From an uncultured Candidatus Saccharibacteria bacterium (GTDB taxonomy: Bacteria > Patescibacteriota > Dojkabacteria > SC72): a stretch of 64,000 nt of DNA. A model generated the notes under the pieces. That model was not told the origin of the DNA. It did not search any database and saw only the letters and a list, made by a program, of their open reading frames with translations. The DNA is taken from positions 118,506 to 182,505 of the forward strand of contig CAZEQZ010000002.1 of assembly GCA_964514595.1 (NCBI GenBank). Reading direction: 5' to 3'. Both the position numbers and the translations under genes were made by a program. Numbering within the stretch: position 1 is the stretch's first letter; every line of letters begins with the position of its first letter. This document shows positions 19,689-30,663 of this stretch, piece after piece.

Positions 19689-21908
19689 ATGTTAAAAACA
19701 ACCAAGTTTCTTAATAAAAATAACAGATACATTACTACTTCATTACTAATACTAATATCCCTTTCCTCTCTCCTACTTTTTCTTAATATACTAAAAATCA
19801 TAGACATAAATACCGTAGTTAGATTTAGACATCTACTCTTAACCACATCTTCCCTTTTCTTCTTGTATATCTTTTTACTAACAGAAAAAAGTCTCAAAAG
19901 AAAAAGGTATGAACTCATATCTCAAATTCTTTTTCTGTTATCTCTAGTTTCTAAAATACTCCTCACCTATTATCCAGATATTGTAATTAACATAACTGAG
20001 ATATATTCCTTTGTCCTTTCTTCCCTTAGTATATATATTAACTACTTTCTAGTAGCATCATCTTTGTTACTAATATGCACTCATAGAGGGTATATACAGA
20101 AGGAGCAGGAGATAAATTTGAGTAATAGATTAACATACTCATTACTCTTTGGAGTATTAATACTATTTACATGTATAAAGGCACCCTACTTTAATAACAA
20201 CTTCACCGGATACCATACTATGAAATACAATACGTATGTAGAGCCTGCAAAGTATATGGTAGAGAGAGGTGATTTTACTTGGTATCAACAGAAATATTTA
20301 GCCAATCCAATTACAAATCCAGAGGGTGGACCAAGAGTGCTTCCACAATTTCCTCTTCTAGAATGGACTTTGGCTTGTACGTTTAGTGTATTTAAGAATA
20401 ATACTATTGAGTTTAACACTAGACTAGTGACACATACAATTGGTTTGATTACTCTTCTGTTTCTGTTTTTGTTAGTAAAGAAATGGAGTAATAATTTGTA
20501 TGCATTAATTATTACAACCTTAATGGCTATTAACCCAATAGTAGCATTTGCCACATATGTGACTGTATATGATGGTATCAACTTTATGTTCCTAATGATA
20601 TCTCTGTATCTACTTTCTAAATACTTAGAACACAGGGAGAAGCTACATCTACTATCACTGTCGGGTATTATTATTGCTATAGCTACAGCAATAAAGGTAT
20701 CTTTCCTAATATGGGTACTACCTCCAACATTGCTTTTTATTTTGTTAAAGAGTAAGGGAATTACAAAAAAGGTTTTTGATTTTGTAGTACTGTATCTATT
20801 TGCAACTTTACTCTTTTTAACTACTAAGTTTGGTATTCCTAATTTAAGATTAGAACGAACAAGGAGTATTTTAATACTGGTTGTAGGTTTAGTAATTTTG
20901 ATTACTACCTATCTACTGTTAAAGAAATTTAGAAATTATATTTCTAATTTCCTTAACTATTTAGAAAAGAAAAGAATATTAATTCCTTTATTAGTTATAT
21001 CGGTATTGATAGCAGTTCCTATTGGTTTCAATTATCTTGCTAATGATAACCTTCTACTTAACTTCATAACAGACAGGAGATTGATATTTAACTGGGAGTT
21101 CTACAGATATATGTTGGTTAATCAATTTATACCTTCCGTATCTGATCCTCTTTTCTATATATCTGTGTTTGGGTTTTTGACATTACTATTTGTAAAGGAT
21201 AAAGGGATTAAACAAATTAATTTAGTTATACTATTTACAGCCCTATTCTTCTGGGTTGTAGCATCTAAGAGTATATTTCCTCATAGTTACTATATAGAGA
21301 TAATTATGTTTGGTTTGTTATTAGGTTCTACAACATTTATATACTCTGTTTTAAAGACCTCTTCTACCTATTTAAGGATTTTATTCTTAATATTACTCAT
21401 AGTATTAGCTTTTCCTGTATGTATTAAACATACACAGTCTGTATTAGAAGTGCAGATCCCTACATTAGATGAGGCTGCTAAGTATTTAGAAGAGAATAGT
21501 AAAGAGGATGAAATATATATAGATGAGAGTGTATTTCTTGCTCTTACTTTAAAAACAGGAAGAGCAAGAGTGGGAGATGTTAATGCTTTTTCTGATGAAG
21601 AATTTAAAAAGGATGTTAAGGAGTTAAGGTTTGGTAGTGCTATGAATAAGTATAATGTTAAGTACTTAATAACTATACATGAGCATCCTATATATGAGAA
21701 TTATGTACATATATTTACAGATGAGTATTTAGATACTACTGAGTTTGATCGAGGATCTGTGGTATTACATATGATGGATCCTAGTAATAATGATAGGTAT
21801 GAGGATTTAGAGTACAGGTTGGAGTTAGTAGAGAAGTATAACTTAAGGGATAGGTTTGTATTAGAGAAGGATGTAGGAGGGTATAGGTTTTTTAGGTTTG
21901 TGGATTAA
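19689..21908 (+). CDS. Large polytopic membrane protein, putative GT-C (PMT_2/ArnT-like)
   Basis: Many TMs; FPLLEW, R, A.NP....YD and K motifs typical of ArnT-like folds; soluble C-terminal domain. Confidence 0.65.
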   Translation: MLKTTKFLNKNNRYITTSLLILISLSSLLLFLNILKIIDINTVVRFRHLLLTTSSLFFLYIFLLTEKSLKRKRYELISQILFLLSLVSKILLTYYPDIVINITEIYSFVLSSLSIYINYFLVASSLLLICTHRGYIQKEQEINLSNRLTYSLLFGVLILFTCIKAPYFNNNFTGYHTMKYNTYVEPAKYMVERGDFTWYQQKYLANPITNPEGGPRVLPQFPLLEWTLACTFSVFKNNTIEFNTRLVTHTIGLITLLFLFLLVKKWSNNLYALIITTLMAINPIVAFATYVTVYDGINFMFLMISLYLLSKYLEHREKLHLLSLSGIIIAIATAIKVSFLIWVLPPTLLFILLKSKGITKKVFDFVVLYLFATLLFLTTKFGIPNLRLERTRSILILVVGLVILITTYLLLKKFRNYISNFLNYLEKKRILIPLLVISVLIAVPIGFNYLANDNLLLNFITDRRLIFNWEFYRYMLVNQFIPSVSDPLFYISVFGFLTLLFVKDKGIKQINLVILFTALFFWVVASKSIFPHSYYIEIIMFGLLLGSTTFIYSVLKTSSTYLRILFLILLIVLAFPVCIKHTQSVLEVQIPTLDEAAKYLEENSKEDEIYIDESVFLALTLKTGRARVGDVNAFSDEEFKKDVKELRFGSAMNKYNVKYLITIHEHPIYENYVHIFTDEYLDTTEFDRGSVVLHMMDPSNNDRYEDLEYRLELVEKYNLRDRFVLEKDVGGYRFFRFVD

Positions 21909-21919
21909 TTAATCTTACT

Positions 21920-22810
21920 TCAGAGATAAGGATTTTCTGGTAATATTGTAATTTTGTATCCACTTTTTCTTAACTGAGTCACCAGGTTTTTCTCTGGCAT
22001 CTCCTTTAATATAATACCCGTCAAAATACCACCATTTATTAGACCTACTTTTTGCAGAAACTCTGCTAAAAGTATTCTTTTTTTGATTTTTTTAAATAAT
22101 TTTGATTCTTTCTTCACTTTTTGGAACTCTACTCCTTTTTGATAATAATCCTGTTGAACCTTAGAAGCCACAAACCTGTAACCTAAACCTAAAGCATATT
22201 TCTCAATTTCTCGGCTTGACAATTTATACACGTAGTTCCCAGATTCCTCAAAATTATGATCTTCCTTCTTTAATCCCACAATTTTCATTAATTTATTCGA
22301 GACAATTTGCAAGATGGAATCATAAAGTAGGGTATCTTTTGGCTCCTGTAGTACAATTCCTATCTTCGAAACTCGTAACATTTCATATACCGCAATAGCA
22401 GGCCTCGGAAAATGATGATACGATTCTTTACAATAAACAAAATCGAACTGATTATCTTGAAAAGACAAATTTTCTGCATTTTGCCTTGAATATTCTTTTA
22501 TAAAACCTCTGTCATTCGATATTTTTAATAATCTATCTTGAATATCAGTAGCACAAACATTTAATCCTTTTTCTAACAAATAATTCGCATCTGTGCCATA
22601 TCTACCATCACCTATTGTCAACCAAGAAGACATTGGAAAATGTTCTATTAAAGGCAATATAGAATTTCTAATTCTTATATGTCTCCAATAATCAATAGTA
22701 TCCTTTAGGAACCAAGTCTCACTCTTCTCCTTGGATTTTTCGTCGTCCAAAATACTCTCTTGGTATCCTTTTTGCATTTTGTATAGTTTATTCAACTCAT
22801 TTTCCCCCAT
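21920..22810 (-). CDS. Class I SAM-dependent methyltransferase
   Basis: LTIGDGRYG, AENLSFQDNQFD and YHHFPRP..A..EM.RV motifs. Confidence 0.85.
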   Translation of the reverse strand: MGENELNKLYKMQKGYQESILDDEKSKEKSETWFLKDTIDYWRHIRIRNSILPLIEHFPMSSWLTIGDGRYGTDANYLLEKGLNVCATDIQDRLLKISNDRGFIKEYSRQNAENLSFQDNQFDFVYCKESYHHFPRPAIAVYEMLRVSKIGIVLQEPKDTLLYDSILQIVSNKLMKIVGLKKEDHNFEESGNYVYKLSSREIEKYALGLGYRFVASKVQQDYYQKGVEFQKVKKESKLFKKIKKRILLAEFLQKVGLINGGILTGIILKEMPEKNLVTQLRKSGYKITILPENPYL

Positions 22811-23741
22811 ATCTATATTTTCTATACAATCTATATATTGAACATTCTTTTATTAAATTTCTCAGAAATTCTTCTACTTTTTCCACCTTATATATTCTTT
22901 TGAATTTCTTCATAATCTTTTTATCCTCCTTTACTTCCTTTGGATACATCGAAATTAATCCATTTATACGTTGATTTTGATCATATCTATTCGTTTCCCC
23001 ACAGTTCACCCCACTCCCATCCATTCCTATGTTATCAACATATGACTTAACAGGATATATACAATATGCATTCTTTTTAAAATGTGTATAACACCATCTA
23101 ATAGCCCATGAGTCTAATTCTCCATTCATTTGTTTTATTAACATATCTGTCATATCATCTCCACCTTTATTAAATTCTTTTTGTAATTGTCTATTCTTTA
23201 GAAATTCTTTGTAATCTTTTACTTCCCAATCTGCCTTCTCCCATCTATCTTTCCATGTAGCCCATCCCCATGATCCTGCTCTAGGAGAGAAGTATATGTC
23301 ATATTTATAGTCTTTAGGTATTCTCATTAGTTTAGGAGGAAAGTTATATCCTGTTATTGAGTATATCTTCTTCTCATCTTTATACTTATCTAGCATATTA
23401 TTCATGTATGTTAGAAACATTGGTGATGTTACTAAATCATCTTCAATTAATATTACCTTATCATGTTTATTTATCACTTCTGTTACTCCTTGTATTATGG
23501 ATTTAGCTAATCCATAGTTTTGTTTTCTTTCTGTAATATGTATTTCTTTAAAACCTTTAATGGTATGTATATATTCTCTTACCTTCCTAACATCTTCCCT
23601 ATGTTCCTCTTTTTTAGGATAGTCTGAGTATATGTATAGGATACTTTTAGAAGCCAGTTTATTTCTTAACAAAGCTTGTACTGTTTTTTTAGTATGTATT
23701 GGTCTGTTATATACTGTTAGGATAATGGGGGATGGCATCAT
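22797..23741 (-). CDS. Glycosyltransferase (GT-A, GnT-I-like)
   Basis: YNRP.H, N.GLA.SI..GV, EDD, SWGWATW.DRW and DSWAIRW motifs. Confidence 0.85.
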   Translation of the reverse strand: MMPSPIILTVYNRPIHTKKTVQALLRNKLASKSILYIYSDYPKKEEHREDVRKVREYIHTIKGFKEIHITERKQNYGLAKSIIQGVTEVINKHDKVILIEDDLVTSPMFLTYMNNMLDKYKDEKKIYSITGYNFPPKLMRIPKDYKYDIYFSPRAGSWGWATWKDRWEKADWEVKDYKEFLKNRQLQKEFNKGGDDMTDMLIKQMNGELDSWAIRWCYTHFKKNAYCIYPVKSYVDNIGMDGSGVNCGETNRYDQNQRINGLISMYPKEVKEDKKIMKKFKRIYKVEKVEEFLRNLIKECSIYRLYRKYRYGGK

Positions 23742-24430
23742 GTTTTTGATTTTTTAAAAATATAAGTCCTCAACGTTTTTGCTATTAATTTATAATCTTG
23801 ATTTTTTAAGTACATATATGTGGGATCATTTTTAACGTCTTCCAAAATTAGGTTTAAAGATTCAACTAAAAGGTATTCTACCGGATATTTCTCCCAATCA
23901 TTTGACTTCAATACATCCAAATCTAAACCCTCGACATCTACATTCATAAAATCTATTTTACAATCCTTCTTTATATGTTTATCCAAGACTTCGACCAGTG
24001 GAAATGTTTTTATTTTTCTTTGCTCTATAACCCTGTGATTTGTTTCCCTCTCTCTACATTCAGCAACTTCTTTTGAAAAGGTATTTAAAGCTGGTTCACG
24101 AAACATATAATAAATTTCCGTTTCCCTTTGTCTCGAAATTGCAATTTCTAAATTTATATCCCTAGGTCTTTTTTTATCAAAAATTCTCATTGAGCCAGGA
24201 AGAGGATCTATGTTAATACCATTCCATCCTCTCTTATAAAACATATACGTATTTGAAAATCTTGAAGGATGATGGGCTCCAATATCAATATAGAAGCCTG
24301 TTTCTTTTTCTCCGATAGCCTCTGCTAGGATAATATCTTCTCCTCCCTGGGAATATATTCTGTTTGAATTACTTCCTACTTCATTTCGTATGAAATTCTT
24401 TATTTTCTTTATATCAAAAGGCTGTACCAT
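23738..24430 (-). CDS. FkbM family methyltransferase
   Basis: YSQ.GED, DIGAHHP...SNT and IDFMNVDVEG motifs. Confidence 0.9.
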   Translation of the reverse strand: MVQPFDIKKIKNFIRNEVGSNSNRIYSQGGEDIILAEAIGEKETGFYIDIGAHHPSRFSNTYMFYKRGWNGINIDPLPGSMRIFDKKRPRDINLEIAISRQRETEIYYMFREPALNTFSKEVAECRERETNHRVIEQRKIKTFPLVEVLDKHIKKDCKIDFMNVDVEGLDLDVLKSNDWEKYPVEYLLVESLNLILEDVKNDPTYMYLKNQDYKLIAKTLRTYIFKKSKT

Positions 24431-24444
24431 AGATATAACTTAAT

Positions 24445-25110
24445 TTAATTAAGACCTGCTTTAGACAGAAGGATATCATTTTTCCTCTCCAAATTTAATT
24501 CACTACCACTGAACAGTATACTTGTGGTCCAGGAATAGCTATTTATGGGGCCAAAGCCATGAAAATCTACCTGAGAATAGTTATTATTAACTCTCATTTC
24601 CTTTAATAAATCTGGATATCTATCCGAATTATCAAATATTATTAAACCTCCATTGCATAAAAATCTTGGGGAGAGTTTTGCACATTCCTTTCTGTATTTT
24701 CCATCTATCACTATAATATCGAAGAGCTTTTTCTGTTTACCAAGGGCATTGATATATTCCTCCTTTGTTTGCAAGAAAAATATTTTGTTATTAGGTAATC
24801 GCTTTTGGAGCATCTTTTCAAACCATTCGCTATCATCTTCTATAGAAATTACCTCTTTTGCCCTTTTACCCCAGAACAAGGATGAGCTACCACACCCCCA
24901 TTCGAAAATCATCTTTTCGGAGTAATCAAATTGATCAAGATACTCAATAGCTGGGTAGGTATACCAAGGTAAAGAATCTTTTTCATCACTTATTGCTGAT
25001 CTTTTAGTAATAGAAAGCCAATGCCCATATTTTAAGCTAATATTTTTGTAAGTAGACATCTCCTTTAAAAAAGCTCTCAAGAAGATAGGTTTCTTTTTTT
25101 TCTTTGTCAT
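24445..25110 (-). CDS. SAM-dependent methyltransferase (polysaccharide O-methyltransferase-like)
   Basis: PWYTYPAIEYL, FEWGCGSS, FDIIVIDG and DNS motifs. Confidence 0.8.
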   Translation of the reverse strand: MTKKKKKPIFLRAFLKEMSTYKNISLKYGHWLSITKRSAISDEKDSLPWYTYPAIEYLDQFDYSEKMIFEWGCGSSSLFWGKRAKEVISIEDDSEWFEKMLQKRLPNNKIFFLQTKEEYINALGKQKKLFDIIVIDGKYRKECAKLSPRFLCNGGLIIFDNSDRYPDLLKEMRVNNNYSQVDFHGFGPINSYSWTTSILFSGSELNLERKNDILLSKAGLN

Positions 25111-26459
25111 AAAAACACTCTCCTGAATACTCTTAAAATATTAAAACTTCTAAGAAGTTGGAATCCTGCTTCTTTACTATCCTTGAATATTAAAACAGAA
25201 TATGTAGCTATTATATAGGTTATAAGTGTTGAATACGCAGCACCTATAATTCCAAATCTAGGGATCAAAAAAACATTCAAGATTATATTACAAATTGCCC
25301 CTATGCTTGTCATAAAAAGAGATATCTTTGTTAAATTCTCTGCTATGAGATATTTTCCTACTGCTACACCCCCAAAAACTCCTACTCCTGCCCAAATATG
25401 TACTGCCAACACACTAGAAGCTTTAATATATTCATCTCCATATAGGGTTTTTATTATTAATGGGGATGACAAACTAACTACAATTGCCACAAGTATTGTA
25501 AACCAAGTAAAAGAATCATATAACATTTGAAGTCTTTCTCTATATAATTTTTCTGATTTTCTTTTTGTATTAAGGATAGAGGGGAAGACGGAGACAGATA
25601 CTATATTGGGTATAAAATACCAGGCTTCCGACAATTTCACAGCAGATGAATATATCCCTAAATCCTTTTCTCCTAATATCCCCCCTATCATAACCTGATC
25701 TATCTTCATATAAATCATGACTGCAATACCACTTAGTATTAAAGGCCAACTATCTCCCAATAACTCCTTCGCCGTTTTTAGACTCGCTCTCCATCGCATG
25801 ATACTAACTCCTTCTCTTTTAATGTAGAAATATAACATGAATATCGCAATCAAAAGGAAGTCTAATGAGAACATCAGAACAAAACTTACTAGTGAAGATT
25901 GGGTTATTATAAGTATGACTTTTAGAATAGACACTAATCCGAAAGATATAGATCGAGCATATACAGAATATTTTGCTTCTATTTTGGATTGAAACCAAAA
26001 ATCAATAACATCAAATGCTTTAAATATATATCCGAATGCAAGTATTAAAACAAATAATCTTATCAGGAAATTTTGCGATTGGACAAAATATATGACTATG
26101 CTTGATAATATTAACAATATAAATGATCCTAAGAGTTTTAATACAAAAGCAGTTCCAAGATATTCGTCTTTATTCTCCGTCTTTAATAATATATTTCTAA
26201 TTATAATATTATCTAATCCCAATGTTGAGAAAGTTGAAAATAATGCTACGAAAGCTACCGCATAATTCATAGTCCCAAATTGTTTTGGGCCTAAGTACCT
26301 TGCAACCCAAGCAACTATGAATAACCCAAGAATATCTTTAAATATAACTCCAGCAGTCAACCAATTAATATTTCCCATTATTTTCCTTAACTCATGATTG
26401 TCCTCGGCCTTCGCTCTTAGCTTGTAAGGAAGTATTTTTATCAGACTAGAGGTTATCAT
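25107..26459 (-). CDS. Flippase (Wzx/MOP family)
   Basis: VARYLGP.QFG, YMKIDQVM and GIYS.A motifs; about 12-14 TMs. Confidence 0.9.
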   Translation of the reverse strand: MITSSLIKILPYKLRAKAEDNHELRKIMGNINWLTAGVIFKDILGLFIVAWVARYLGPKQFGTMNYAVAFVALFSTFSTLGLDNIIIRNILLKTENKDEYLGTAFVLKLLGSFILLILSSIVIYFVQSQNFLIRLFVLILAFGYIFKAFDVIDFWFQSKIEAKYSVYARSISFGLVSILKVILIITQSSLVSFVLMFSLDFLLIAIFMLYFYIKREGVSIMRWRASLKTAKELLGDSWPLILSGIAVMIYMKIDQVMIGGILGEKDLGIYSSAVKLSEAWYFIPNIVSVSVFPSILNTKRKSEKLYRERLQMLYDSFTWFTILVAIVVSLSSPLIIKTLYGDEYIKASSVLAVHIWAGVGVFGGVAVGKYLIAENLTKISLFMTSIGAICNIILNVFLIPRFGIIGAAYSTLITYIIATYSVLIFKDSKEAGFQLLRSFNILRVFRRVFL

Positions 26460-27229
26460 TTAAGTTTTTTGCTATATTTTATTTTGTATAGATATTTGGT
26501 AAACCCGAATTTGTTTATCAGAAACTTAAGAGCTAATTCTACTCTACTTCTAAAATAAAACCAAATTGAATATTTCAAACCAAAATATTTCCTCAAGGCT
26601 TTGTACCCCTCAGAGATTCTTGAACTAACACCACCTTTACGAAAATAAACAATCGATCTATCAATCTCCTTCATTTCTACACCATTGGTATACATTCTAC
26701 AAAGATATTCATAATCACCAGATCCTTTATAAGATGTGTCGAAATTTCCTAATTTCTTAAAAACATCCTTCTTATAAAAGAATGCTTGCTGGGGGAGAAT
26801 ATTATGTTTTATCAAATTTTTCTTATTAATAGAACTCTTAAGTTTAAATTTTATGTTCAACTCCTCTATTGTTTTGGTTACATAACCATAAACTAATTCT
26901 ACTTTGGGATTTTTTTCAAAAACTTTTATAACATCTCGTATAACATTATTATCAAAAAAATAATCATCTGCATTTAAGAAATGAACAATTTCTCCATTTG
27001 CCTTAAGTAATCCCTTGTTCATTGCATCATAGATCCCTTTATCAGGTTCTGATATCCAATATGTTATTTTATCTTGATACTTATTGATTAAATCAACAGT
27101 TCCATCTGTAGACCCCCCATCTATTACAATATATTCTATATTTGGATAGGTTTGATTAAATATAGATTTAAAACATCTTTCTAAATATTTTCCGGAATTG
27201 TAACAGACCGTTATAATTGTTAATGTCAT
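26456..27229 (-). CDS. Glycosyltransferase family 2 (WcaE-like)
   Basis: DGGSTDGT, SEPDKGIYDAMNKG and FLNADD motifs. Confidence 0.9.
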   Translation of the reverse strand: MTLTIITVCYNSGKYLERCFKSIFNQTYPNIEYIVIDGGSTDGTVDLINKYQDKITYWISEPDKGIYDAMNKGLLKANGEIVHFLNADDYFFDNNVIRDVIKVFEKNPKVELVYGYVTKTIEELNIKFKLKSSINKKNLIKHNILPQQAFFYKKDVFKKLGNFDTSYKGSGDYEYLCRMYTNGVEMKEIDRSIVYFRKGGVSSRISEGYKALRKYFGLKYSIWFYFRSRVELALKFLINKFGFTKYLYKIKYSKKLK

Positions 27230-27244
27230 TAAGATACTATTAAA

Positions 27245-28342
27245 TCAATTTATATTAGAAAGAAAGGTCTTAGCATTTTTTACTATATCATGATTGTCTT
27301 TCACGTATTCATACGCATTTTGGCTCATCTTATTATATAAAGCCATATCATCTGAAAGCCTTATAAATGAAGCATTCAACAATTCTTCATTATTATTACA
27401 AAAAATCCCTCCACAATACTCATCTATCAAAGACCCATAATTTAAACTTAAACTCAAAACTGGTAAACTAGTTGCCGTAGCTTCCAAAACTGTCATAGGC
27501 CAGTCTCCCTCTTTTTCAGATGTTAAAACAAATATTCTACTTTCCGAAAGATATTTGTATATTTCTTTTTGAATGACCATGGATAAAAAAGTTAAGTTAG
27601 AAATCTTTTTTGATCTTTTTCTGATATATGAAAACACTCCACTGTCAGTTGTCGCCTTCATACAAATTAATAAGAAGTTTTTATCAATGTGTTCTTCAGC
27701 TAAATTCAAAAATGCCTCAACGTTCTTCCATCTTTCAGATCTACCTACCCATATCGCATCATATTTTTTATTTCCCTTTCGCTTTGGTGGTACTCTACTA
27801 AGATCTAACCCTTTTTTTAAAAGGACAATTTTTTCTACTGGCATTCGTCTGGATAACCATTCTTTCTCGTAATTATTTTGTACAAAGATTACATCCGCGA
27901 ATTTAAAGGTTAATCTTGCTAATAGGGATTTAATCTTACTAGCATAAAGATTATGCATTCCGTCAGCCTCACTATCGTGGGCAACCATATATATAAATTT
28001 CTTTCTTCTCAACTTTGTATATAAAGCTATAAGTCCTGACTCTATCGTCAAAGTCCTTTGGACATAAATGTCAGCATTAACTTTATTAAATATTTTAAAG
28101 AAACATAATATTTGTGATAGTTTATTAGATTCAAAGTTTAGAGATTTCCACACCTTAACTCCAAGATATTCCTCTATTTTTTTCTGGCCATAATCTGCAG
28201 TTATAAAATTAACATCTAAATCTTTCTTCTTTGCCAATTCGATTCCTAACATATAAAGCTGAACCTCCGCCCCACCAAAAGTAACTTTTATCTTAGGATT
28301 AAATAATGGGTAAGCTTTAGGAGATATAAAACAGATTCTCAT
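27245..28342 (-). CDS. Glycosyltransferase family 4
   Basis: GGAEVQ, WVGR and EGDWPMTVLEA motifs. Confidence 0.87.
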   Translation of the reverse strand: MRICFISPKAYPLFNPKIKVTFGGAEVQLYMLGIELAKKKDLDVNFITADYGQKKIEEYLGVKVWKSLNFESNKLSQILCFFKIFNKVNADIYVQRTLTIESGLIALYTKLRRKKFIYMVAHDSEADGMHNLYASKIKSLLARLTFKFADVIFVQNNYEKEWLSRRMPVEKIVLLKKGLDLSRVPPKRKGNKKYDAIWVGRSERWKNVEAFLNLAEEHIDKNFLLICMKATTDSGVFSYIRKRSKKISNLTFLSMVIQKEIYKYLSESRIFVLTSEKEGDWPMTVLEATATSLPVLSLSLNYGSLIDEYCGGIFCNNNEELLNASFIRLSDDMALYNKMSQNAYEYVKDNHDIVKNAKTFLSNIN

Positions 28343-29448
28343 AACATTAATTTTTCATATTTTGATAAAACTTTCTCCCAATCATAATGCTCGAGGACCC
28401 TTCTCCTTGCCTTTTTCCCCAATTCTTCAATGATTCTTTCATTTTCAATCAAATGCTCAATCTTTTCGTTCAAAACTTTGTGATCACCTACTGGAACAAT
28501 TTCTCCTGAGTCTCCGACAGTTTCTGGACAACCTGAAACATTTGTTGTTATGACGGCACAACCAGCAGACATAGCTTCCAAGAGTGCTATCGATGCATTT
28601 TCCCTTTCTGATGCTAGTACATAAATAGATGCAGTTTCTAGTAAATTCTTATATTCCGCAGAATTATTATCTAACCAGCCATGAAAAATGATAGATGTCT
28701 TTGATCTTTTTGCTAAACTTCTTAAATCCTCCATCATCGGTCCATCTCCTGCGATATGAACTTCATATTCATATTTTTTATGACTAACAGCTTTTATCAA
28801 ATACTGAAAACCTTTCCTAGGTAATAATCTTCCACTTGAGAAAATTATCTTTCTTTTATTTTTGTTAGGTTTAAATTTTTCAATATAAATACCATTTGGA
28901 ATCACTACTATTTTCCTAAAACCTATTTCTCTTTTTATAAGATTTGCCAAATAATTTGAAGGAGAAATAATAGTTTTGCAGTTTTGACAAATCATTTTAA
29001 GTATAGGCTTTGTAAATTTGTGGAGAAACTTAAATCTGTCGGGATTATATCCTGGCACATCACTTCCATGGCTTGTAATTACATACTCTAACCCATACTT
29101 CTTCTTTAACCATAAAGATATAATTCCTGTCGGGATTATGAAATGAGTATGGTTAATATCATACTCATAGTTTTTCATGTGCTCCCTCAAAAAGAGAATT
29201 GAAGAAATTATGTATGTTAATTGCTCGAGTGGATAACATATTTCTTTTTTTGATCTTAAGCAATTTACTCTATACACATGAATACCATTACTTACTTCAT
29301 ATTCAGGAAGATCTTTATATCTCATGGTGACCACATCTACCCTATGTCCCCTTTTAACTAACCCTTTAGCTATTTCATAACTAACAGGGCTTGCCCCTCC
29401 CCCTAATGGAGGAAATTCATAATTTAACATTAATATTTTCTTTGACAT
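28339..29448 (-). CDS. Glycosyltransferase family 4
   Basis: YEFPPLGGG, HGSD, IPNG and LLEAMSAG motifs; start placed at MSKK (29448). Confidence 0.9.
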   Translation of the reverse strand: MSKKILMLNYEFPPLGGGASPVSYEIAKGLVKRGHRVDVVTMRYKDLPEYEVSNGIHVYRVNCLRSKKEICYPLEQLTYIISSILFLREHMKNYEYDINHTHFIIPTGIISLWLKKKYGLEYVITSHGSDVPGYNPDRFKFLHKFTKPILKMICQNCKTIISPSNYLANLIKREIGFRKIVVIPNGIYIEKFKPNKNKRKIIFSSGRLLPRKGFQYLIKAVSHKKYEYEVHIAGDGPMMEDLRSLAKRSKTSIIFHGWLDNNSAEYKNLLETASIYVLASERENASIALLEAMSAGCAVITTNVSGCPETVGDSGEIVPVGDHKVLNEKIEHLIENERIIEELGKKARRRVLEHYDWEKVLSKYEKLML

Positions 29449-29530
29449 TTCCCCATTATACCCCATACCTAATCCTATGTAATTCTAAGTATGGGCAAAT
29501 AGATAAAGATAAAATATAATACAAGATAGT

Positions 29531-30661
29531 ATGAATAAACCAAATAAAAACACACCCCTCGTTAGCATAATAATCCCTTGCTATAACTACGGTCAATATG
29601 TAAAAGAAGCCATAGACTCAGTACTTAATCAAACAATTAAAAATATCGAAATTATTGTAGTAGACGATGGCTCCACAGACCCTAATACAATTAAAATACT
29701 TAAAAACCTAAAAAAACCTAAAACAAAAATAATTCACCAAGAAAACCAAACACAAGCTATTGCAAGAAATAATGGTATTAAAATATCCAAAGGAAAATAC
29801 ATATGCTGCTTAGATGCTGATGACAAACTAGAACCAACATACCTTGAGGAATGTATTATACGAATGGAAATGGAAAACCTAGATGTATGTAGTACATGGT
29901 TAAGAGAATTTGAAGACTCAGATGGAATATGGATAACAGAAGATCTAGATGTAGAAAAAATAATACATCAAAACACACTACTATGTGGTTCTGTATTCAC
30001 AAAAGAGATATGGGAGAAGACAGGGGGATATAAAAGAAAAAGTATAAACGGTTTTGAAGACTGGGAATTTTGGATTACTGTAGCCGAACATGGAGGCAGA
30101 GGAAAGGTAATACCGAAACCTTTATTCCTATACAGAAGACATGGAGTAACCATGATAGATAAGTCTCTAAAGAAAAGGAAAGAATTAGTAAAATCAATAA
30201 AAGAATTACACCCAGAGCTATATAAAAACAAAACATATTTACAGAAAATTAAGAAAGAACAAGAAAAAGAATATATAAATAAAAAACCATTTGAAAGTAT
30301 TAAAAATATTGGTATGGATCCTGAAAAAGTTTTTTTTAATATATACTCTGAATACGCATCCCTCTCAACCAGAACCACTACATTAGAGAAAAAGATAAAG
30401 GATATGGAGATAGATTGTATTGAGAAAGAACATGAAGCACACAAAATCAATCACCAAATAGAAAATCTTACTATTGAGATTGAAAAAATAAATAAAGAGC
30501 TTGAAAAAATTACCAATGAAAAAAAGGAATTAAGTAAGAAGATAAAATCCATAGAACAATCTAGATCATACAGATTTATAAACAAAGTACGAAAAGATTA
30601 CTTAGATAAAATAGTATCTCCCGATACTAGGCTTAAAATATATTCTAGGAAGAAAAGATAA
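29531..30661 (+). CDS. Glycosyltransferase family 2 with C-terminal coiled coil
   Basis: PLVSIIIPCYN, DDGSTD, LDADD and EDWEFW motifs; heptad tail ending IEQSRSYRF. Confidence 0.88.
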   Translation: MNKPNKNTPLVSIIIPCYNYGQYVKEAIDSVLNQTIKNIEIIVVDDGSTDPNTIKILKNLKKPKTKIIHQENQTQAIARNNGIKISKGKYICCLDADDKLEPTYLEECIIRMEMENLDVCSTWLREFEDSDGIWITEDLDVEKIIHQNTLLCGSVFTKEIWEKTGGYKRKSINGFEDWEFWITVAEHGGRGKVIPKPLFLYRRHGVTMIDKSLKKRKELVKSIKELHPELYKNKTYLQKIKKEQEKEYINKKPFESIKNIGMDPEKVFFNIYSEYASLSTRTTTLEKKIKDMEIDCIEKEHEAHKINHQIENLTIEIEKINKELEKITNEKKELSKKIKSIEQSRSYRFINKVRKDYLDKIVSPDTRLKIYSRKKR

Positions 30662-30663
30662 TA

